Positions 43,631 through 52,506 of a stretch of DNA of 58,413 nucleotides are shown here, piece after piece. The stretch lies in NCBI GenBank assembly GCA_035388245.1, contig DAOOPL010000001.1, forward strand, positions 1 through 58,413, written 5' to 3'. The position numbers and the translations under genes were made by a program. Position 1 is the first letter of the stretch; each line of letters opens with the position of its first letter. The notes beneath the pieces were generated by a model. It did not search any database. It saw nothing but the letters and a program-made list of their open reading frames with translations, and had not been told where the DNA came from. Source of the DNA: Bacilli bacterium (GTDB taxonomy: Bacteria; Bacillota_I; Bacilli_A; RF39; UBA660).

Positions 43631-43942
43631 ATGAATTTAGCAAAAGCAATAGGAATAATTAATGCTAGGATTGAACCAACAAAACAAGATTTTTATTCAG
43701 AAAACAATTTTTTTATTACAGCAGTAAATATAGTATTTCCACAATTGCAAGAAGAATTAAGAAGGCGTGTAAGAGAAGGGGAAGATCAACAATTTAACTA
43801 CGAAGAATCACATCAATATACTGAATTTATAGTTAAATATGCCATAGATAATAATATGTCTGAATATATTGTTGAACAATTAAAACTTCATTTAGGGTGG
43901 TATATTATTCAAGAATCAAAGAAAAAGAAGTTGGTTAAATAA
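43631..43942 (+). CDS. hypothetical protein
   Basis: 103 aa with RBS aaggagg. Confidence 0.5.
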   Translation: MNLAKAIGIINARIEPTKQDFYSENNFFITAVNIVFPQLQEELRRRVREGEDQQFNYEESHQYTEFIVKYAIDNNMSEYIVEQLKLHLGWYIIQESKKKKLVK

Positions 43943-44012
43943 TAATATAAATTATATGTAAACTAAGCAAATAATAATTGACAATAATCAATAAAAATTA
44001 TATTATTATAAT

Positions 44013-44103
44013 AGCATGATAACAATCATGCTACGTACTCTTACAATAAGTTGAGAGTACAACCAAAACCCCCTGAAGACTAGCCGAAAGGCTAGTCATT
44101 TTT
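44013..44103 (+). ncRNA. candidate ~90-nt small RNA or attenuating leader
   Basis: Promoter TTGACA (43978), 17 nt spacer, TATTAT. Then hairpins AGCATGAT-aaca-ATCATGCT and GTACTCT-(12 nt)-AGAGTAC, a C/A-rich linker, and terminator GACTAGCC-gaaa-GGCTAGTC plus ATTTTT. Confidence 0.35.
44073..44102 (+). repeat. 30-nt exact repeat, copy 1 (terminator hairpin)
   Basis: ctgaagactagccgaaaggctagtcatttt, identical to 44617..44646. Confidence 0.85.
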
Positions 44104-44209
44104 GTATAACAAATCGCATAAAACAATGTAAAACATACTAAAATATTGTAAGAATGTATGATTTATGATATGCTATTTATATAACTTGTTAAGAAAGAGG
44201 AAGAAAAAT

Positions 44210-44575
44210 ATGCCAAAAACAGAAATAATTGATGGAGTGGTAATTGTACATACTGGCAATTACCAACGGGTTCACCAAGGCTATCGCCCTGGAGTACGTG
44301 GTGGATACGTAGATAGAGGATACAAAGAGGAAGAAATGGTAGAAATGTATGACAAAGATGGGAACAGATTTTATTCAAATTGCGGAACTCTAGATGATGC
44401 TAAAAAATTAGTTGCAAAACTTGCTGAAGAAGGAAAAAACGCAATAATTGGTCCAAAAGCACCTTGGCAAGGTAACGATGGTTATATTCCTAATCAAAGT
44501 AAAAATGATGTTGGTGTTTATATTATTAAGCCACTTGTAAATGAGGAAGAGCAAGCAAAATCTAGATCTATATAA
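44210..44575 (+). CDS. hypothetical small soluble protein
   Basis: Start at MPKTEIIDG after agaggaag. 121 aa. Bracketed by the two identical terminator repeats. Confidence 0.5.
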   Translation: MPKTEIIDGVVIVHTGNYQRVHQGYRPGVRGGYVDRGYKEEEMVEMYDKDGNRFYSNCGTLDDAKKLVAKLAEEGKNAIIGPKAPWQGNDGYIPNQSKNDVGVYIIKPLVNEEEQAKSRSI

Positions 44576-44616
44576 TAAGTATAGGTAAGAAAAAATAAAG
44601 TGAAGATCTCGAACCA

Positions 44617-44646
44617 CTGAAGACTAGCCGAAAGGCTAGTCATTTT
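44617..44646 (+). repeat. 30-nt exact repeat, copy 2 (terminator hairpin)
   Basis: ctgaagactagccgaaaggctagtcatttt. Confidence 0.85.
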
Positions 44647-44734
44647 GTTTTATAAGGTTTACAAACCAGAAAACAAATTTTTATAAATTTATAAACAAAA
44701 AAGTATTTATGCTATACTATAATTGGTGATAAAT

Positions 44735-46564
44735 ATGTTTGAAAAGAGCAAATTTAGTAAAAAATATTCATTAATATCAAGTTACATTAAAGATAAGCAG
44801 ATTATTAATGATATTTTAAAAGATAATGAATTCCAGGAATTTTATAAAGAATATAGTGATGTAATTCCAAAATTTATAAGTAATTTAAAATTATTATATT
44901 CTGAAGAAGAAATTTCTAATATAATTAATGATATTTTTAAAGAAAAAAGCATTATAAGATTTAAAAAGTATATTTTTAATTTGTCTGAGTATATTAAATA
45001 TGCAAAAGAATATGATAATGGTAGTATTGATATACTAAAAGGCTTAAAATGGGAAGAAATTAATGGTGATTTTTCAAACAATATTGAAGGATTTATTATT
45101 GATAAATGTTTTAAAAAATATTATTTAAAGCCAATATATATAAATGAGGTTGATGTATATAATATTTTTATAAAAACAGGAAATATAAAGGCAAAGAAAA
45201 CACTTTTAATGATGGCAAAAAATAATAATTTAGATTTTTTTGCTTCTGTAATGCAAGAACTAAGTAATAGAGGTGCAGATAATAATAATCTGAGTAATAT
45301 TTTAGAACAAGAAATTAATGAAAAAGTATTTTCACCAGTAATAAAGGAAAAACTTGGAGAAGAATTATATCAAAAATTTATTATATACTATTTCAATAGT
45401 AGCAAATCAAACGGAAATGATAAAAAAATAATAGATAAGATTTTAGAACAAGAGAACTATACCTTATTACAAGATATTATGAATCTTAATGATGAGCATA
45501 TTTTTGCCAGAAATATTTTAGAAAACGAAGTAGGAAAAGATATTTTTTCTTTAAGTGGTAATGGTACAAAGTGCATAAATCGCATAGTATTAATATTATA
45601 TAATTATTTATCTCCAAATTTGAGATTAAACAAATACTATTTAAATAGAATAAAAAGCAGCATTTCAAACGAACAGATATATGAAGAGTTTTATAACAAA
45701 CATCGTGAAGTACTGAATTTATTCCAAAGTATTAGTTTTGATTCATTTTCAAAATTAAGTGTAGAAGAACAAAGGAAGATATATAATTATATTAAATCAT
45801 TAGGGAAAGATGAAAAACAATTATTAGTTCAAGAAATACAAGAGATTAATTCAGAGATTAATGATATATATAAAGGAGAATATTCTAGAGTTTTTAAATC
45901 TGCAGATAGTATACTTGATAAAGCACAGGTACAACCAGTAATAGATAGTGAAGGAAAAAAGCATGAGGTAAAAGTTTACGAACTAAAAAACAATGAAGGA
46001 TTTACATTTTTAATTACAGCAATGCACAAAATGGTTAGGGATGGTAATTTAAATATGTATAATAGACCAGCCCATAAAGAAACAATTAGTAACCCAGAGA
46101 ATTTTTGCAGGGATTTACAAGGTGGAGCAGAAATGATATCAACATCAATGATAAATGATACATATATAGGGACTTTTGTAGGGACTGAAGCAGATATTAT
46201 GTATGTGTTTAGTAATGTTGAATCAGAGGATGTTTTAAGTATTTGTCCAGAAGATGGAGCATATCCTCCAACAATAGATGAATCTGTTGATTTATTTACA
46301 AAAACAGATCCTGTTGGTCCAGAAGAGTTAATAAGAGAAACAAAAAGCAAAAGATATTATAATGAAGTTGCAATAAGAAGAAAGAAAAAGGATGGTCAAA
46401 GAATCTTACCTACAGCTATTTTGTGTTATGATAAAATAAATGATGCTTCAATAAAGCATGCAGAATATTTTGGTATACCAATAATAGTTATAAATACAAA
46501 AACATATGATAGTTTAAAAAATGCTACAAAAGTAGATGAGGAAGAAAAAGGAAGGCATATGTAG
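44735..46564 (+). CDS. large hypothetical cytoplasmic protein
   Basis: ATG at 44735 preferred over the TTG at 44723. ~609 aa with no TM helix or signal peptide and no motif I can assign. Confidence 0.5.
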   Translation: MFEKSKFSKKYSLISSYIKDKQIINDILKDNEFQEFYKEYSDVIPKFISNLKLLYSEEEISNIINDIFKEKSIIRFKKYIFNLSEYIKYAKEYDNGSIDILKGLKWEEINGDFSNNIEGFIIDKCFKKYYLKPIYINEVDVYNIFIKTGNIKAKKTLLMMAKNNNLDFFASVMQELSNRGADNNNLSNILEQEINEKVFSPVIKEKLGEELYQKFIIYYFNSSKSNGNDKKIIDKILEQENYTLLQDIMNLNDEHIFARNILENEVGKDIFSLSGNGTKCINRIVLILYNYLSPNLRLNKYYLNRIKSSISNEQIYEEFYNKHREVLNLFQSISFDSFSKLSVEEQRKIYNYIKSLGKDEKQLLVQEIQEINSEINDIYKGEYSRVFKSADSILDKAQVQPVIDSEGKKHEVKVYELKNNEGFTFLITAMHKMVRDGNLNMYNRPAHKETISNPENFCRDLQGGAEMISTSMINDTYIGTFVGTEADIMYVFSNVESEDVLSICPEDGAYPPTIDESVDLFTKTDPVGPEELIRETKSKRYYNEVAIRRKKKDGQRILPTAILCYDKINDASIKHAEYFGIPIIVINTKTYDSLKNATKVDEEEKGRHM

Positions 46565-46654
46565 GGATTACAATTTGTAAATTAATAGTAAAACAAGCAG
46601 TTTATTTTATAAATACTATTTGTATTATTATATAATAATATTGAAGGAGAAAAC

Positions 46655-47065
46655 ATGAAAGATAAAGAATATTTAAGTGAAGAAAAATATAAAAAAGTTA
46701 ATATATTTTTAATAGTTATTGGTATTATTTTAATTGTTGTGGGCATTGTATTAATATTTATTGGTGTATCAAATATAAATAATACATCTTTAAGTCAACC
46801 AGAATTTCCGCTGTTAGGCGAAAATGCTACAACACAAGAGAGGTTTAATAGTACTACAGTCGCTGTGTTTACCATATTTTTTGGTGCATGTTTTAGCATG
46901 ATTGGGATAGTCGTATTAATTATTCCATTTAAAAGAAAAATAATAGCTTACCAAGCACAGCAAATTATGCCAGTAGCACAAGAAGGTATAGAAAAGTTAG
47001 GGCCTTCTGTTGGTAAAGTTGCTGGAGATATAGCAAGAGAAGTAAAGAAATCTGAAAAAGAGTAA
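46655..47065 (+). CDS. two-TM membrane protein, function unknown
   Basis: RBS gaaggag. Helices IFLIVIGIILIVVGIVLIFIG and VAVFTIFFGACFSMIGIVVLII. Confidence 0.5.
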   Translation: MKDKEYLSEEKYKKVNIFLIVIGIILIVVGIVLIFIGVSNINNTSLSQPEFPLLGENATTQERFNSTTVAVFTIFFGACFSMIGIVVLIIPFKRKIIAYQAQQIMPVAQEGIEKLGPSVGKVAGDIAREVKKSEKE

Positions 47066-47167
47066 AAAAATTTTAAATGTAATATATTTTTATTACATTT
47101 TTTTATTTAATAAATTTATAGGTATTGAAAATATAATTATATGCTATAATTATATCAGGGGAGCAAC

Positions 47168-47341
47168 ATGAATAAGAATACAAGAAAAATTGGTAATGAA
47201 CAAAATATTGATGATAAAGAGAAAAAAGAAGAACATAAACCAACAAGATCATTTGAAAGAAAATATTATGAATTTAATCCAGAATTAAGGGTGTGTGTTC
47301 TAACAAAAAGAAAATATGGTAGGAAAAAGCATTTTTCTTAG
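47168..47341 (+). CDS. small highly basic protein candidate (57 aa, absent from the ORF track)
   Basis: RBS GGGGAG 5 nt before the ATG. Extended -10 (TGCTATAAT) upstream and a hairpin terminator downstream (aaaacatttta-tttc-taaaatgtttt). Translation MNKNTRKIGNEQ...RKYGRKKHFS. Confidence 0.35.
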   Translation: MNKNTRKIGNEQNIDDKEKKEEHKPTRSFERKYYEFNPELRVCVLTKRKYGRKKHFS

Positions 47342-47550
47342 AAACTAAAAAATATTTAAAAAAATATTTTTTATTATGTCTATTTTTATTTATTAACAAC
47401 ATAAAACATTTTATTTCTAAAATGTTTTTTTATATAAAAAAATATCTTTTAAAAGTGTAAAGTTCTTTACAAAAGAAAAAAATATTTCAAAAAAACATTG
47501 ATTTATATATTTTTATTATATATAATTAGAACATATAGTAGAGGTAACAT

Positions 47551-49458
47551 ATGAAAAATAGTATATCAGACTTAGTTGTAGTAAAAAGAAGTGGTCAAAG
47601 AGTTTTATTTGATGGTACTAAAATAGCTGTTGCTATAAAAAAAGGCTTTGATAGTGTCTATGAAGAATATGACCCTAAGAATGTTAATACTGTTTATGAA
47701 GTAGTATTATCATATATTACTAAAGAATATAGTGATAGAAAAACAATTAATGTAGAAGATATACAAGATATAATAGAAAATAAATTAAAGAAGTGTAATT
47801 TTGATGAGGTATATAAATCATATAGTGAATATCGTAATAGAAGGAAAGCATCAAGAGATGTATTTGCTATTAAACATCAACATAAGTTTGTTAAGACAAT
47901 TGAAGAACTAGGATTTGATAAAGAAGATCCAACTGTACAAACTGCTATTGATACAATGCTTAATTTTGGCTACACAGTGTCTAAAGAATTTGGTAAGGTA
48001 TATTTATTAGATAATAAATATACTAAAGCTTTAGAAGATGGATATATATATATTGATGATATAAGTTTCTTAAGTGTTGCTACAACTAAGTCTTGTCAGT
48101 TAGATTTAAAATATATTAATCAGAGTCAAGGTATAAAAGATTATTTAAATAATATAGTAAATATAATAGAAAATAATAGATATGATCAGCATGGTGAACA
48201 AGGTATTCCTGATTTTGATTATTTACTTGAACCAATTCTATTATATGATTTTAAGAAAAAGTTTATTAATAAAATATATGATTATTTTGATTTAGAAGGA
48301 TTAATAGAGTTTATTAATTTTCAAAAGATAAAAGAATCAATTAATAATATAAGTAGTATTGAAGAATGTAAAGACTTTATTAGTAAGTATCAAAATAACA
48401 AAAGAATAATATGTATTTTAGAGCATGCTTATAGTAAGACTTTAAAATATATAGAAGAAGAATTATATAATGGATTATTAAAGTTTATTACAGATCTAAA
48501 TAATAGTAATTTTGGAATAAATATTGATAATAAAATAACTTCAATTAATATGGGTACTAATACATCATTTGAAGGTAAAATGATTATTAAAAACTATTTA
48601 GAAGCATTTAAGTCTCTTAAGAATATAGATAATGTAGTTACAATATTTAAGATAAAAGATGATATTAATTATAACAAAGGTACTATAAATAATGATTTAT
48701 TACTAGAGTCATATAAGATACCAAACATTACTTATTCATTCCTAAGTTCTAAAGTAAATCAAAATAAGAATGTTAATTATTTCTCTGATGGTACTAGAAT
48801 ATTTGAAAATATATATGATGATAAAGAAACATCTATTGGTAGAGGAGTAATATCTAAGACTACTATTAATCTTGCTAGATTAGGTCTTAAATATAAAGGA
48901 GCAAGTATAGCAGAGTTTTATACAGAACTTGGTGAATTAATGGAGTTAGTTAAGAATCAATTATTACAAAGATTTGATATGTGTTGTAACAAAGATAAAG
49001 AGATATTTAAATGTATGTTTAAGAATAATTTATATATAGATTCAGATAAATTAGAAGTTGGTCAAAAAATTAGAAAAGTATTTAAACATGGAGTTTTATG
49101 TATTGGAATATCTGGACTAGAAGAATGTGTGCAAGCACTTGGTATAGAAAATGAAGACATGAAAATACTAAAATTCTTAAAGCAAAAATGTGATAGTTAT
49201 ACTAATGAATTAAGATTAAATTTTAAATTATCTGGGGTAGTAAAACCATATATATCTAAACAATTTATTGATATAGATAAATCAATATATGGTATTGTAG
49301 ATAAAGTTACAGATAAAGATAATTATAACTATATAGTAAATGAAAGGTATCATAAAGAATTAAGTGGAGGACACATATTTATAGTTAAAAGTAAAGACAT
49401 ATCTAAAGCTGTTGATGATATGCATGAGAAAGATATTGGATATGGAAAAATTACATAA
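47551..49458 (+). CDS. divergent class III ribonucleotide reductase (NrdD) paralog with ATP-cone, lacking the glycyl-radical C-terminus
   Basis: ATP-cone VVVKRSGQRVLFDGTKIAVAIKKGF. GYIYIDDISF aligns with AEIHIHDLSM of the true NrdD. The MCCRL finger-loop cysteines appear to be absent. The protein ends shortly after ELSGGHIFIV, with no Zn ribbon or RxxGY motif. Confidence 0.55.
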   Translation: MKNSISDLVVVKRSGQRVLFDGTKIAVAIKKGFDSVYEEYDPKNVNTVYEVVLSYITKEYSDRKTINVEDIQDIIENKLKKCNFDEVYKSYSEYRNRRKASRDVFAIKHQHKFVKTIEELGFDKEDPTVQTAIDTMLNFGYTVSKEFGKVYLLDNKYTKALEDGYIYIDDISFLSVATTKSCQLDLKYINQSQGIKDYLNNIVNIIENNRYDQHGEQGIPDFDYLLEPILLYDFKKKFINKIYDYFDLEGLIEFINFQKIKESINNISSIEECKDFISKYQNNKRIICILEHAYSKTLKYIEEELYNGLLKFITDLNNSNFGINIDNKITSINMGTNTSFEGKMIIKNYLEAFKSLKNIDNVVTIFKIKDDINYNKGTINNDLLLESYKIPNITYSFLSSKVNQNKNVNYFSDGTRIFENIYDDKETSIGRGVISKTTINLARLGLKYKGASIAEFYTELGELMELVKNQLLQRFDMCCNKDKEIFKCMFKNNLYIDSDKLEVGQKIRKVFKHGVLCIGISGLEECVQALGIENEDMKILKFLKQKCDSYTNELRLNFKLSGVVKPYISKQFIDIDKSIYGIVDKVTDKDNYNYIVNERYHKELSGGHIFIVKSKDISKAVDDMHEKDIGYGKIT

Positions 49459-50146
49459 TAAGGTAATAATATCTGGATTTAATAAATTAACTCTTCTAGA
49501 TTATCCAGGATTAACAGCGTGTATAATATTTACCCAAGGATGTAATTATAAATGCCCATTTTGTCATAATGCATCACTTATAGATAGTAAGGCAAGTGGA
49601 AGTTATGATGAAGAAGAGATATTAAAATTCTTAATAAAAAGAAGAAATGTTTTAGAAGGAATATGCATAAGTGGTGGGGAGCCATTAATGCAAAAAGAAT
49701 TAGTAGAATTTCTAATAAAAATAAAAGATATTGGATATAAAATAAAAATAGATACTAATGGTAGTTGTCCAGATATACTTAAATATTTAATAGATAATAA
49801 ATTAATAGATTATGTAGCAATGGATATTAAAAATGATTTAGATAACTATAAAAAGACGGCAGGTATAACAAATACTGATAGTGTAAAAAAAAGTATAGAT
49901 ATACTTTTAAATAGTGATATAGGCTATGAATTTAGAACAACAGTAGTAAAAGAATTACATACTGTAAATAACATTATTAATATAGCAAAGATGATAAAAA
50001 ATACTAAGAAATATTATTTACAAAAGTTTATTGATTCAGGAGATATAGTTAGCAACAATTTGCATTCATTTAGTGATGAAGAAATGTTAAATATTAAAAA
50101 AGAAATAGAAAAATACATACCAACAGTAGAAGTTCGTGGTATTTAG
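49442..50146 (+). CDS. nrdG: anaerobic ribonucleotide reductase activating protein (radical SAM)
   Basis: GFNKLTLLDYPG, CNYKCPFC (CxxxCxxC) and ISGGEP motifs. The start at MEKLHNK overlaps the upstream ORF by 17 nt. Confidence 0.85.
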   Translation: MEKLHNKVIISGFNKLTLLDYPGLTACIIFTQGCNYKCPFCHNASLIDSKASGSYDEEEILKFLIKRRNVLEGICISGGEPLMQKELVEFLIKIKDIGYKIKIDTNGSCPDILKYLIDNKLIDYVAMDIKNDLDNYKKTAGITNTDSVKKSIDILLNSDIGYEFRTTVVKELHTVNNIINIAKMIKNTKKYYLQKFIDSGDIVSNNLHSFSDEEMLNIKKEIEKYIPTVEVRGI

Positions 50147-50167
50147 CTTTATAAGAAGGAGGACAAT

Positions 50168-52498
50168 ATGTATAAAGTAAGAAAAAGAGAAGGTAAGATA
50201 GTAGATTTTGAAATAAAGAAAATAGGAGAAGCAATTAAGAAAGCATTTGAAGCAGTTTATGTTAATTATGAAGAAGATATTATTGATTTCTTATCATTAA
50301 AAGTAACTGCAGATTTTGCACCTAAAGTAAAAGATAATATTATAAGTGTAGAAGATATACAAGATAGTGTAGAAAGAGTGCTTATTAAAGCTGATTATCC
50401 AGATGTAGCTAAAGCATATATTCTTTATAGAAAGTTACATGAGAAGCAAAGAAATATTAAATCAACAGTACTGGATTATAAAGAATTAGTTAATAGTTAT
50501 GTTAATGTAACTGACTGGAGAGTTAAAGAAAACTCAACAGTTACATATTCCGTAGGTGGTCTAATACTTAGTAATTCAGGTGCTATAACTGCTAATTACT
50601 GGTTAAGTGAAGTGTATGATGAAGAAATAGCTAAAGCACATAAAAATGCAGAAATACATATACATGATTTATCTATGTTAACAGGTTACTGCGCAGGATG
50701 GTCATTAAAACAATTAATTAAAGAAGGTTTAGGAGGAGTTTCTGGAAAGATAACTTCATCTCCTGCTAAACATTTATCTACATTATGTAATCAAATGGTT
50801 AACTTTTTAGGTATTATGCAAAATGAATGGGCAGGTGCTCAAGCATTCTCTTCTTTTGATACATACTTAGCTCCTTTTGTAAAGAAAGATAATATGGATT
50901 ATCATGAAGTAAAACAATGTATACAATCATTTGTATATGGAGTTAATACACCAAGTAGATGGGGTACACAAGCACCATTTACTAATATTACTCTTGATTG
51001 GATAGTACCTAATGATATGGCAGAACTACCAGCATTAATAGGTGGTAAAGAAATGGATTTCTGTTATAAAGATTGTCAAAAAGAAATGGATATGATTAAT
51101 AGAGCATATATAGAAATAATGATTGAAGGAGATGCTAATGGTAGAGGTTTCCAATATCCAATACCAACATATTCTATTACTAAGGACTTTGATTGGAAGG
51201 ATAATGAAAATAATAAATTATTATTTGAAATGACAGCAAAATATGGTACTCCTTATTTCTCAAATTATATAAATAGTGATATGGAACCTAGTGATGTAAG
51301 AAGTATGTGCTGTCGTTTAAGACTTGATTTAAGAGAACTTCGTAAGAAATCAGGTGGATATTTTGGAAGTGGAGAATCAACTGGATCAATAGGTGTTGTT
51401 ACTATTAATATACCTGTTATTGCATATTTATCAGAAAATGAAAAAGAATTCTATGATAAGTTAACACATATAATGGATTTATCAGCAAGATCATTAAAAA
51501 TAAAAAGGAATGTTATTACTAAATTATTAGAAGAAGGATTATATCCATATACTAAGAGATATTTAGGTACATTTAGTAATCACTTTTCTACAATAGGACT
51601 TATTGGTATGAATGAAGCATGTTTAAATGCTAAATGGATTAAAGAAGATTTAACTGGTGATAAAGCACAAAAGTTTACTAAGAATGTACTTAATTTTATG
51701 AGAGAAAAATTATCTGACTATCAAGAAGAATATGGTGATTTATATAATTTGGAAGCAACACCAGCAGAATCTACTAGTTATCGTTTAGCTAAACATGATG
51801 TGGCTAAATATCCAGATATAATTACTGCATGTGAGAATAACAAAGTACCTTATTATACTAATAGTTCTCATTTACCAGTTGGCTATACAGATGATATATT
51901 CCAAGCTCTTGATATTCAAGACGAATTACAAACTTTATATACATCAGGCACAGTATTTCATGCATTTTTAGGGGAAAGACTTTCTGATTGGAAAGCAGCA
52001 GCAAAACTTGTTAAAACAATAGCAGAAAACTATAAGTTGCCATATTATACATTATCACCTACATATTCTATATGTCATAATCATGGATATATAGCAGGAG
52101 AAGTAATGAAGTGTCCTAAATGTGGTGAAGCAACTGAAGTATATAGTCGTATAACTGGATACTATAGACCAGTACAAAACTGGAATGATGGTAAAACATG
52201 TGAATATGAACATCGTAAACTATATGATCTTAAAACATCAAAATTAGATAAAAAACCTAAAGAAATAAAAAATAAATTATTACTTTTTGGAACTAAAACA
52301 TGTCCTAATTGTAAGTTAGCAGTATCATTACTAGATAAAGCAAACATTAAATATGAATATATATATTCAGAAGACAATATGGATTTATGTAAAGAATATA
52401 ATGTTACCCAAGCTCCAACTCTAATACAAATAAAAAATAATAAAATAAATAAAATTGTTAATGTTTCAAATATTAAAAAAGCAATAGCAACACTTTAG
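50168..52498 (+). CDS. nrdD: anaerobic (class III) ribonucleotide reductase fused to a C-terminal thioredoxin/glutaredoxin-like domain
   Basis: ATP-cone VRKREGKIVDFEIKKIGEAIKKAF, IHIHDL, MCCRLRLDL, Zn site KCPKCGE, glycyl radical motif SRITGYYRPV. A further ~90 aa follow, with FGTKTCPNCKLA and QAPTLI (thioredoxin fold). Confidence 0.85.
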   Translation: MYKVRKREGKIVDFEIKKIGEAIKKAFEAVYVNYEEDIIDFLSLKVTADFAPKVKDNIISVEDIQDSVERVLIKADYPDVAKAYILYRKLHEKQRNIKSTVLDYKELVNSYVNVTDWRVKENSTVTYSVGGLILSNSGAITANYWLSEVYDEEIAKAHKNAEIHIHDLSMLTGYCAGWSLKQLIKEGLGGVSGKITSSPAKHLSTLCNQMVNFLGIMQNEWAGAQAFSSFDTYLAPFVKKDNMDYHEVKQCIQSFVYGVNTPSRWGTQAPFTNITLDWIVPNDMAELPALIGGKEMDFCYKDCQKEMDMINRAYIEIMIEGDANGRGFQYPIPTYSITKDFDWKDNENNKLLFEMTAKYGTPYFSNYINSDMEPSDVRSMCCRLRLDLRELRKKSGGYFGSGESTGSIGVVTINIPVIAYLSENEKEFYDKLTHIMDLSARSLKIKRNVITKLLEEGLYPYTKRYLGTFSNHFSTIGLIGMNEACLNAKWIKEDLTGDKAQKFTKNVLNFMREKLSDYQEEYGDLYNLEATPAESTSYRLAKHDVAKYPDIITACENNKVPYYTNSSHLPVGYTDDIFQALDIQDELQTLYTSGTVFHAFLGERLSDWKAAAKLVKTIAENYKLPYYTLSPTYSICHNHGYIAGEVMKCPKCGEATEVYSRITGYYRPVQNWNDGKTCEYEHRKLYDLKTSKLDKKPKEIKNKLLLFGTKTCPNCKLAVSLLDKANIKYEYIYSEDNMDLCKEYNVTQAPTLIQIKNNKINKIVNVSNIKKAIATL

Positions 52499-52506
52499 GA
52501 GTTTAT

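Noticed and set aside
44013-44103. A preQ1-I riboswitch assignment for the hairpin plus A/C-rich tail
   Set aside because: The loop is 12 nt, and the tail (AACCAAAACCCCC) does not match the conserved preQ1 loop or AAAAAACUA tail as I recall them. It is kept only as an unassigned RNA candidate.
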